Of a stretch of 64,000 nucleotides of DNA, positions 9,501 through 21,500 are shown one piece after another. The first letter of the stretch is position 1. Each line of letters starts with the position of its first letter. The stretch lies in contig NC_057751.1 of the NCBI RefSeq assembly GCF_004010195.1, positions 3,006,379 to 3,070,378 on the forward strand, given 5' to 3'. The translations under genes were made by a program, and so were the position numbers. This stretch comes from Chiloscyllium plagiosum. Taxonomy: Eukaryota. The notes beneath the pieces were generated by a model. That model was not told the DNA's origin. It ran no database searches and worked only from the letters and a program-made list of their open reading frames with translations.

Positions 9501-12500
9501 TGCGCCCTTTACGGGGCGTCCCTGTGTCAGGGGGAGAGAGGGCACTGCCCCCTTTACGGGGTGTCCCTGTGTCAGGGGGAGAGAGGGCACTGCCCCCTTT
9601 ACGGGGTGTCCCTGTGTCAGGGGGAGGGCACTGCCCCCTTTACGGGGTGTCCCTGTGTCAGGGGGAGGGCACTGCCCCCTTTACGGGGTGTCCCTGTGTC
9701 AGGGGGAGAGAGGGCACTGCCCCCTTTACGGGGCGTCCCTGTGTCAGGGGGAGAGAGGGCACTGCCCCCTTTACGGGGCGTCCCTGTGTCAGGGGGAGAG
9801 AGGGCACTGCCCCCTTTACGGGGCGTCCCTGTGTCAGGGGGAGAGAGGGCACTGCCCCCTTTACGGGGCGTCCCTGTGTCAGGGGGAGAGAGGGCACTGC
9901 CCCCTTTACGGGGCGTCCCTGTGTCAGGGGGAGAGAGGGCACTGCCCCCTTTACGGGGCGTCCCTGTGTCAGGGGGAGAGAGGGCACTGCCCCCTTTACG
10001 GGGCGTCCCTGTGTCAGGGGGAGAGAGGGCACTGCCCCCTTTACGGGGCGTCCCTGTGTCAGGGGGAGAGAGGGCACTGCCCCCTTTACGGGGCGTCCCT
10101 GTGTCAGGGGGAGAGAGGGCACTGCCCCCTTTACGGGGCGTCCCTGTGTCAGGGGGAGAGAGGGCACTGCCCCCTTTACGGGGCGTCCCTGTGTCAGGGG
10201 GAGAGAGGGCACTGCCCCCTTTACGGGGCGTCCCTGTGTCAGGGGGAGAGAGGGCACTGCCCCCTTTACGGGGCGTCCCTGTGTCAGGGGGAGAGAGGGC
10301 ACTGCCCCCTTTACGGGGCGTCCCTGTGTCAGAGAGAGAGGGCACTGCGCCCTTTACGGGGCGTCCCTGTGTCAGGGGGAGAGAGGGCACTGCCCCCTTT
10401 ACGGGGCGTCCCTGTGTCAGAGAGAGAGGGCACTGCGCCCTTTACGGGGCGTCCCTGTGTCAGGGGGAGAGAGGGCACTGCCCCCTTTACGGGGCGTCCC
10501 TGTGTCAGAGAGAGAGGGCACTGCGCCCTTTACGGGGCGTCCCTGTGTCAGGGGGAGAGAGGGCACTGCCCCCTTTACGGGGCGTCCCTGTGTCAGAGAG
10601 AGAGGGCACTGCGCCCTTTACGGGGCGTCCCTGTGTCAGGGGGAGAGAGGGCACTGCCCCCTTTACGGGGCGTCCCTGTGTCAGAGAGAGAGGGCACTGC
10701 GCCCTTTACGGGGCGTCCCTGTGTCAGGGGGAGAGAGGGCACTGCCCCCTTTACGGGGCGTCCCTGTGTCAGAGAGAGAGGGCACTGCGCCCTTTACGGG
10801 GCGTCCCTGTGTCAGGGTGGGGCGGGGGAGGGCACTGCCCCCTTTACGGGGTGTCCCTGTGTCAGGGGGAGGGCACTGCCCCCTTTACGGGGTGTCCCTG
10901 CGTCAGGGAGGGGGAGGGCACTGCCCCCTTTACGGGGTGTCCTTGTGTCAGGGAGGGGATGCTGGCACCTCACTCTGTCTTGTGGAGAGAATGTTTTGAC
11001 CTTGTTCTGAACCCCATGCAAACCGCCCCTGGTGTGGAACAAGGAGAAATTTCTGAAAATGGCTGGGCTTCTGTACTCCTTTGTGTTTGCCTGTGACTGA
11101 AGATCAAGCTGTTTAGACTGTTGAGGTTTCTGGAGATTCGGGATCGGCAGACTGGATTGCACTGTGAAGTGCAGGTCAAATATGAACCATCATCTTCCTG
11201 AGCCTTGAGAGGCAGAATGGTCTGCTCCTTCCCTGTTGACCTGCATTCTTTCCCAGCTTGAAAAGCCTGCAGTATCACAGAGTCATACAACACGGAAATA
11301 GACCCTTTAGTCCAGCCAGTCTGTGCTATGTCATAGTCCCAAACTAAACTCTGTCCCACCTGCCTGCGATTGGCCCATATCCCTCCAAACCTTACTCTTT
11401 CATGTACCTCGTATTTTCTATTAATTCATGGGGTGAGGGCATTGTTACTTTGACCAGCTTTTGATGCCCATCCCTAATTACCCAGAGGGCAGTTTGGAGT
11501 CACCCACATCGCTGGAGGTCTGGAGTCACATGTAGACCAGACCAGGTAAGGATGGCAGTTTCCTTCCCTCAGTGGCAAGGGTCATTCACCAAAGTGCCTT
11601 TTCAAGAGGACCCACAGCCTCCACTTTGTCTGCAAGTTCATTCCACACACAAACCACTCTCTGTTTAAAAAAAATCACAAAGCCCCATCATGACCTTTCA
11701 AAATCTTTCTCATCTCGCCTTAAAACTCTTCTGCCGAGTCTTGAAATCCCCCATCCTCGGGAAAAGCCACATGCCATCCACCTTGTGAATGTCTGTCTGT
11801 AAGGTCACCCTTCAACCTCCTATTCTCCCATGACAAAAGCCCCAGTCTCTCTAACCTCCCGTTAAACCTCAAACTCTCGATTCCCAGCAATATCCTGGTA
11901 AATCTCTCTGAACCCTCTCCAGCTTGACAATATCCTTCCTGTAACAGGGTGACCAGGACTGGACACAGTACTCCAGAAGGGGCCTCACCAACATCCTGTA
12001 CAATCTCAACATAATCCCCCAACTCTGATACTCTAAGGTCTGAACAATGAAGGCAACTGTGCTAAGTGCTTAGTTAACCACCTTCTCTGTATGTGATGCA
12101 GACCTCAGATAATTATGTACCTGAACCCCTGATCTCTCTGCTCAACGACACTGCCCAAGATCCAACTTTTAATTTTTAGTTTTGTCTTTGTTTGGTTTAC
12201 CAAAATGTAAAACCTCATATTTATCCAAATTAAACTCCATCTGCCACTCTTCATCATCCCTTTGACCCAATCGATCAAGACCTTTTTATAATCTTAGATA
12301 ACCTCCTTCACTCACCACTATCAACCATGCTTTCAATATTCTCATCGAAATCATTTCTGTAAATGACAAACAAAAGTGGACCTAGCACTGATCCCTGTGG
12401 AACACTGCTGATCACAGGTCACCAGTCCAAAAGACAACCCTCTACCATTTACAATAGAATAGAATGGAATAGAAAAGTACAGCACAAAACAGGCCCTTTG

Positions 12501-15500
12501 GACCACGATGTTGTGCCGAGATTTAATCCTAATGTCAAATATAGTAACTTAACCTTTGCACCCCTCAACTCACTGCTATCCATGTGCAAGTCCAGCAGTC
12601 ACTTAAATGACCCCAACAACTCTGCTGATAGCTAAGTACTTGACCAATTTCAGATCCATCTCAAACAGAAATTCAGGAAATGAGACTTCATCCTGCCAGT
12701 GCTAAAAACACCAACTGGTGAGAGAGAGCAATGTCACAAAAACAGTAAGGATGCAGACAGCAGAAACCAGGAGAGGAGGCAGAGACCAGCATCCAAGAAC
12801 AACACCAACTGAGAGCTGTGTGATACAAGAGCAGAGGAAGGAATGACAACATAACAGCAGTGTGAGAGAGGAGATCAGCAGGGACTGTCAGAGAGAGAGA
12901 AACACTGTGTGTGTGAGAAAGAGGGAGACAAAGCAAGAGTGAGAAATGAGTACAGGGCGAGAAAGAGATATGGAAGGAAATGAGAGAGCAATGAGCAGCA
13001 GTGAGGCAGAAAGAGAACAGGACAGAAAGACAAACCTGGCTGGAGTGTATTAGGGAGTGTGGGAAAAGAGGTAATGATTTAAGAAATATTTGGTCATGTT
13101 CTTCAGGGAAGGAAATCTGTCATTGCCCAATCTGGCTTCCATGTGACTGCAGACCTCCTGACCTTGAACTGTCTTCTGGGTAATCAGGGCTGAACAAGAA
13201 ATGTTGGCCCAGCCAGCGACACCCACTCCCCATGACCATGGTTTCAGAAAGGAGAGAGATTACAGCATGAGATCGAAACAGCCACAAGGGCCATGCAGCT
13301 TTGATCGGAGAGCCCGGAAGTAACTGAGAGAGGTTCAAACTCAGGAAGTCTGTTCAGTCTCCTAGCCATACTGCCAAGAGGACTTTCTGGGGAGAAGCTG
13401 CTCCTGCCTGGTACTGTGTCACTGAGAGACCACACCTGGAGGGCTGAGTATTCAGGAAAGGATGTAATCCCTTCAGAAGCATCAGGGGAGGTTCAGTTGA
13501 CGGACTGTTACCATGTAAGGGTTTCTTCTGAGGAAAGGCCTGAACATATTGGATTTCTGAAAGATCACAGGATATGTGACTGAAACACTGAAGATCTTAA
13601 AGGGCCTGTTCCCCTGGAGAGAGCGATTGAACACAGGGCCATGCTTGAAGAAGAGGAGTGTCCCTTTTAAGGTGGTGAAGAGGAGGAGTGTTTCCTCTCA
13701 GAAGGTTGTTGGTTTAGAATTCTCTCTGCCCAGAAAGCAGCCAAGGCTAGGTCCTGAAGTCTCTACAGGGCTGAGTCATTCCTCCTCTGCATTGATGAGG
13801 GAGGGGAAAGGTTACCAAAGGGCAGACAATAAAGTGAAGGTCAAAGGGAGATGATCCAGCATCTGATGGTGTGTGGGAGCAGACTCAATGGGCTGAATGG
13901 TCTTTGCAGTTCTCCTTCCATCACCTCATTTTTTTCTGCTGGAGGATAGATTGGAATTTCCAACGTGCCACCCCTCTCCCTGTCATGTGGAGCTGATCGG
14001 GGCTCGCAGCTGTCTGGCTGTGCTGCCTCACCTGGCTGATCAGCTCTGCTTTGACTGAATAGATTCAGTGCAGTCTTTGCAAACAGCTCGTTTGGATAAA
14101 TGTGGACTCTGCTGTGAATCTTTGTTAGTGATCAGCCCCTACCTGTGGTTTCCAAGTTAGCTCACAGCCTGCCTGAACTTCTGTATGGAGGAGGAGTAGG
14201 TGAGGTGGGGGGGGTCAATTCACCTGGAGTTGAAATCCGGGTGAGCAGGAATGCCTCGAGTCTGTGATCAGGGACCGAGAGAAATATTTGTTGCCATTTC
14301 GGGAGCTGCTGTTTTTTTTTTTTGAACAGTGCAGGAGTTGACAGAATTAGCTCTCTAATTATAAGGGGCCAAGAAATTGCACATTTTGACGAAAAGAGGG
14401 AGCAATTAAATGGAGACCATTGATGAGAAGGGGCCAATTACTGTGAGACTGCTGTATAATTTCACATACCACTAGAATCCCTGGGTAACACAGCTAACTT
14501 TCTTTTAAAGTGAGAGGGATATCCTTGCAGGGATTTGTGTTTTTGGTTTTAAACATGTTCAGAACCATTCACTCTTGACCAGCCTGGAGAAACCTCACCT
14601 CTGAAGGAGTCTGATGTTCTGGGAAATCAGTGAATTCTTCCACGTGTCACATCACTGCATCCTTCTCCTTCGTTTCCCACAGACCTGAGAGGTTTCACTC
14701 AGTCAGGATCAGTCACTCCTCCTTCCGTACCGGGAGAGGCATGAGCCTCACCGTGCTATCACCGTGAGACTCTGAATCCAGAGACCCGGCTTTGAATCCA
14801 GTTGTGGCAGGTTTGCAAATTTGAACTCGATTTAAAATCTGGAATTGCCAGTTGAATGGTGACCATAAAACCAGTGTCGATTGTCAGGAAATCCCACCTG
14901 GTTCAATCGTGTCCTTTCGGGAAGGGAATCTGCCATCCTTAGCTCGCCTGGCCTACATGTGACTCTAGACCCACAGGGGTGTGAAGGAATCACAATTACC
15001 CTCTGTGCATTTGGGGATGGGCAGGAAATGCTGGCCCAGCCGGTGATGCGGTCGTTGCTGTTGAGAACTAACAGGCAAGTCCTTTGTTGGCTTGTGGGAC
15101 TGGAGTCTGAATGCTCAGCCAGTTGACAGCCTGCGACTATCAGCAGTTGACCTCAGGGTGAAGCTGTTCAGTGCTGATAGTGTCCACCTTGACCACCACT
15201 GAATGTGTGCCACAGGCTGCCCACGTCAAGCATCCCTTTCTTTTGCCCTGTTGACCCTCTGCCTCCTGCGAGATGGAGTAGAGCATTGGGGCCTGGACTC
15301 CATTTGACACAGCAAAGAAGCCAAGGGTCAGACCTCACTAAGGGACCAGTTCACGTCAAACCAACCTCTGTTTCCAGCTCTCTCTCCTTCAGTCCTGTGG
15401 GTAGGTCACGCTGGACATGAAGTGTTAATTCTGCACTCTCTCCATCGATGCTGCTAGATGCGCTGAGTTTCTGACCACATCGCACTAGCTGTAATTTTGT

Positions 15501-18500
15501 GTACTGTGGCTTGTCAGCAGCCAGGAAAGGCACCTAACCCGTGAATATTTTTGTTTGTTCTGTATTTTGCAGTCTGGCTACTTTTCAAGTATGTTCAGTG
15601 GGTCATGGAAAGAGTCCAACATGAGCTACATCGAACTGGAGATCCCTGACCAGAACATCGACACCGAAGGTACGTTTCTCTGTTTCAATGCTGGATCAAA
15701 CAGGAACTACCAACACTGATGTGTCATTTGAGAGTGGGTAGGTACAGCAATAGGGGTACAGTTTGCAGTTTACAAACAGTGTCTTCACTCAGGGTTGTCA
15801 CTGTTTGCATCTGTCTACCCTGGGGGGTTTTGGTGTCCTGATGTGGCTGATAGTTAAGGCTGGATGGCTACGTTGCTCTGTCAGGAAAGCGAGGGATACA
15901 GTGAGCACATGTGAAAGCAGCTTGGAAGGCCAGGTTGAGACACGATGGTTGAGATTGGTGGTGCAGGCTCAGGGGGCTGGACTGTCTGCTCCCACTCATG
16001 GGCATTATCATCTTTTGGCAGCAAACTCGTCTTGTCAGGTTTCTCATTTTGTTTGTTCATGAGCCGTGGGAGTCACTGGCTGGGCCAGTATTTATCTCTC
16101 GTCCCGAGTTGCCCCTTGTGAAGTGGGAGTGAGTTACCTTCTTGAACTGCTGCAGTCCATGTGTTGTGGGTTGACCCACCATGCCCTTCAGAGGGAGACT
16201 TCCAGGATTGTGACCCAGTAACAGTGAAGGAACGGTGATATATTTCTCAATCAGAATGGGGAGGGGCTCAGGGGAACTTGTAGGGGGTGGTGTTCCCATG
16301 TATCTGCTGCCTTTGTCCTTCTGGATTGAAGTGGTTGTGGGTCTGAAGGTGCTGCCTGAGGATCTTTGGTGAATTGTTGCAGTGCATCATGGAGATAGTG
16401 TATACTGAGTGTAGGTGGTGGAGGGAGTGAATGCTTGTGGATGTGGTGCCAATCAAGAGGGTGCTTTGTCCTGGATGGTGTCAAGCTTCTTGGACCTGCG
16501 CTCATCCAGGCAAGTGAGGAGTATTCCATCCCACTCCTGACTTGGGCAGACAATGGGGAGACAGGAGGTGTATTACTCGCTGCAGGATTCCCAGGCTCTG
16601 ACCTGGTTACAGACCTGAATGAGATCTCCAGACATGCTCCGAAACCCCTTCAGTGCAGATTGACAGTTGAATGATCTCTCTTCGTAAGACAAACCACAAT
16701 GGCCTAGGACTATTCTGTGACACAAAGGTGGAGGTGTCATGTCTCCCCAAAGCTGGGTTGACGTGGAACACATTCCCAGTGGGTTTCACGCTGCACTTGG
16801 TTTTAATTTCCCAGATAAGAGCTGTGTTGATACACACAGCTGAAATAGCCCTTTTAGCGGTGACCAATCGGCATTCAGTAAAATGCAAGAGGTGTATTTA
16901 TCTGGCACCTGTCACCAGCATTGGGTGACACACACCTCTTTGCAGCCACTGTGGTGTTTTTGAAGTGAAGTCATCGGAGCTGTGGAGCCCATCCTCAGGA
17001 AAGTCAGTCGGTGACTAATATCTGCATGACATCCACTGATGTGGAGAAGCCGATGGGCTGCAGCTACCCTGTGGCTTCTGGCTGTGCAGGAAGCTCTCTC
17101 TCATGGGCAACTTGGAGGGATTTACAGGGTCGCACTCAGTCATGAACATAACTAAGGGGTCTGTTCGCTCAGTTGGCTGGATGGCTAGTTGACAAAGCAG
17201 GGTCATGCCAAAAGCACAGCTTTCCCAAACTCAAAAGATACAGAGCAGCACGGTGATTGTGGTTAGCACTGCTGCTTCACAGCGTGAGGGACCATAGTTC
17301 GATTCCATTCTCAGGCTTTTGGTCTGTATGGAGTTTGCACATTCTCCCCGTGTCTGCATGGGTTTCCTCCGGGTGCTCCGGTTTCCTCACAGAGTCAAGA
17401 TGTGCAGGTTAGGTGGATTGTCCATAGTGTCCAGGGATGTGCAGGCTGGGTGGGTTAGCCATGGGAAATGCAGGGTTACAAGGATACAATAGGGAGTGGT
17501 GGGATGTACTTCAGAGGGTCAGTGTGGATTCGATGGGCTGAATGGCCTGCTTCCACACTGTCAGGGTTCTATAATGCTGAGCTGAGAGCCCCTGAGTCCA
17601 CAGAAGGGATGTGACGCACTGTACCACATGGTCTCGTGCCACAGTTCCTCTGACTGAGCAGCTGTCTGTCTGCCCTGCACTGGGAGCTTCAGCTGGGATT
17701 CTGTTCTCCAGGCTTTGCCTTGTGATTTTTTCCAATTCCCAGGTGTGAGCACAAGCTGACAAACTTCAAACAGCTCAAGCTGTCTCTTCCTCTCATGGTT
17801 TTTGTTTTGAAGTGAAAAGCTTCAAGGTGCCCTGAATAATTGACAGGGGCTGTTTGGCTGGCTGTGTCTCAGAAAGCTGCAGATAGTCCACATCCGAGGC
17901 TTCAACTTGCTGCTCTCTCTCTCTCTCAGAGCGAGAGAGACTGCTGGTGCTTCAGGGTGAACACGCAATAGACAGACATTGTAGTTATTCTGGTGCAGCT
18001 ATTTAAGGACCCCTTGAACAGGTCAAATTGTCTTGAAACCTGCGGGGATGCTTCATGAAGGGAACAAAGCCTGCATTTTCTGCCTACGCTTCAGAGAATA
18101 GCTTTCAAATGACTTCCTTTTTTATTTCCACCCTTTCCAGGGTGTAAGAGAACTGAGACTGCGGGAGAGTGAGCCCCTGGCTGCCCTCAGTGCTGTGGAG
18201 GAGCTTCAGTTTGGACACCATTGACCCTGAAAGGCTCCGAACCTTCGCCGCTGACTCCCTGGCAGACCACTTTCCCAGACAGGGTGGTGAGGATATGGAA
18301 ATGGCTGCCTGAGTTGGTGGTCGAGGCAGAGACACCATTTGATAAGATGGTGACTGGCCTGAGTTTTGTGGGCCACCTTTCAGATTGGTTGTATTCATGT
18401 GTTTCAAGAGAGTTTGCTGGTACATGGGGAGGGGTCATGGGTAGGAGACAAACACATGTTAGGCTGCATTGTGTAAATCAAACCCAACTTCACCAAGAGT

Positions 18501-21500
18501 ATCACTCTGGTTTCACACTTCATGTCGGCTTGGCATCAAAATTCCATCAGGAGTGTTGGATGTCACAGTTTCTTGACCTCCCTTTGGACTATTTCCTGAG
18601 TGGTTTTTGAACTCTGACCCCTGTTATTTTGGAAATAGCTCTGTGAAAGCTTGTGACATGAGAGACAGTGTAGTGGGCATTCTCGTCCTGACCTGACAGC
18701 CTGGTTATCCGCCGCTGCTATTCCCATGGTTAAGCAGGTGCTAAATCATCAAGCTGCCAAAATGCAAATTACAGTTTAAGAGCATGCTTGGAATCCAGTG
18801 AGTCAAGAGCATTTTAACTTTTTTTTGTTTTAATGGGTTGCTTAGGTGTGCAGCACAGGGCCTCAGAGGATTCTTAAGTGTGTGACTATATTGATGTCGG
18901 CTTACTGTTAGTTTGGGAACTGGAGAAAGCTCTTTAGCCACTTGAGCTTGCTTCAAGGTTTAATTCAATTAGTGCTGTCGTTTGCTTTGGTTCTTGTTGT
19001 GATTCTAAGTTGCCTATCCCTCAACACCCTGCCATGACATCAGTGCCTTCAGTGTTTCTTATTTCCAGGAAAAGACACCAGGCCATGATGAGAAAGCTGC
19101 TTCCAACTGTCACTCTGAAGTAGTTGTTGTGTTTTGAATGTTCTTCCCATTTCCCGAATGAGATTGGGTGTGAGAGGTTGGTGGCCTCGGGGTGGTGAGG
19201 ACAGTATGTTGCTGATGGCTATGGGGCTTCCCCCTGCCCCAAGCTTGATGTTGAGTGGTGCCCTTGAAGCTGAGTGATCACCCGCAGGGAGTGAGCCTCG
19301 CTGTGAATATCGCGTTCTGAAGAAGTGTGTGAAACATTCACTCTGTTCCTCTCTGCACAGACACTGTCAGAGCTGCTGAGTTTCTCCAGCATGCTGTGTT
19401 TGTTTCACATGTTCGGTATTCTGCCTTCAGTTTCCCGGCACAGTTGGGTTTGCTGTATACAGCCTTACAAATTCATTGAACATTTGCAACATATTGAGCA
19501 AGTCATCAGTTAACCTGTTAAATGCGAGGTAGCACAAGCCAAGTTTATACAAATGTTCCTCCTGATTTAATCCATTCAAGCTGCAAACACACCCTCTGGT
19601 GACTCTGCATTCTATTACTCACTCTCCAACTATTACATTACCCAACAGTGAAGAACTGAAATCGAACATTGGATTCTGACCATCCAATCATAGAGCTGTA
19701 CAGCATGGAAACAACCCCTTTTAGTCCATCCCGTCCACGCTCACCAGAAATCTAAAATTACTCTCATCCCATTTGGCCCGTATTCCTCACATACCCATCC
19801 AGATGCCTTTTAAATGTTGCAATTGTACCAGCCTCCACCACTTCCTCTGGCAGCTCATTGCATACATGCACCACCCTCAGTGTGAAACATTTGTCCCCTT
19901 AGGTCCCTTCTAAATCTTTCCCATCTTGAACCCATGCCTTCTAGTTTCATACTCCCCAACTCCAGGAAAAAGAAACCTTGTCTATTTATCTTATCCATGC
20001 CCATTGTGATTTTGTAAACCTCTGTAAGGTCACCCCCCAGCCTCCAACGCTCCAGGGAAAACAGCCCCAGCCTGTACCGCCTCTCCCCATAGCTCAAACC
20101 CTCCAACCCTGGCAACGTCCTTGTAAATCCTTTCTGGACCCTTTTTTGAGTTGGACAACATCCTTCCTATATCAAGGAGACCAGAATTGCACACAGTATT
20201 TTGATAGTGGCCTAACCAATGTCCTGTACAGCCGCAACATGACCTCCCAACTCCTGTACTCAGTATGCTGACCAATAAAGGAAAGCATACCAAGACCACC
20301 TTCACTATCCTATCTACCTGCAACTCCACTTTCAAGGAGCTCTGAACCTGCACTCCAAGGTCTCTGTTCAGCAACACTCCCTTGGACCTCACCATGAAGT
20401 GTGTAAATCCTGCTCTGATTTGTCTTTCCAAACTTCAGCACTTCATGTTGATCGAAATTATATTCCATCTGCCACTCAGCCCATTGTGAAGTAACCTTCT
20501 TCGCTATCCATGACACCACCAACCTTGGGGTAACTAGTTTTCATTTTTCTCGTTGCAGTTTAGCAGAGCTCTCCAGATGATTGAGGGAATATTTCCCAGC
20601 TGTGCTGTTGGGAAAACTTTGGGCAGCCAGTTGATGTTCACAACCTGCCTGATTTCACTTCACGTCGAAGCTTGTGAGGAGCAGTCTTGGGTGGGTGTGG
20701 AACAGGAGCTGGTTCTGATGTCTCAGCCACAGGCTCCAATTGGAATTATTCTCCTCTGATTGCAACACAAGCATGTGATTGCATTCTTGAGATTACTCAC
20801 TGGGAATGAGCAGCTTTTTGTTAACTTCCTCATCTTACAAATAAGACCCACAAGGAGAGAATTAGGTGCAAATTATTGCATTGTCAGGTAGGAAAATGAG
20901 TGAAGATATAAATTTAGTCAAAATGATTTATTTGCAATTCAATTTTGTACCGTTCTGCACATGAGCATCCAGTTGGATTTTGTGTTTCATAGCTACAGGC
21001 TAATTCATTATGCTTTGTCTCAATTTATCAGAATGTGAGCAATACTTCCTTTGAAAGATGACAAGCATTCATATTTTATTCACCTATTATTCTGGAATCA
21101 AATGTAAATTTCCAAACTTGCTGATGACCGTACACTTGCTGTCTCATGGAAGAACAGAGTGCAACTTCTTCTGGTTTGCAACTGAAGTGACATTTCACTT
21201 CCTGGATTGAGAAATAAAAAAGGTCTTTCTCTGTTCATGTCCTTTTTAAAATCCACTGGATTTGAAGTGATTTCTATTAAAAGATGAACATGCAGCAGGA
21301 GTAAGCGACCTGATCTGTCAGGGTTAGCTCCACCATTTTGAATGATCATTCTCTTCAAAGTTACTCTCCACTTGCTCCCCATCGGTTTTCTCATCGTTGG
21401 AGGTTTGTCACGTGATCTCATGTAAAACCATCCATCACTGACACAACACATGGCACAACTCTTTTGCAAGTGTTGGAATAAAGTTTGGAGCTGCATTTTG

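Noticed and set aside
9200..10955. CRISPR-like array
   Set aside because: Units are head-to-tail with no unique spacers, there are no cas genes, and the context is a vertebrate intron.
8995..11096. Long ORFs of 521-671 aa as stand-alone genes
   Set aside because: They come from a stop-free minisatellite open in several frames; only 9063-9186 is real coding sequence.
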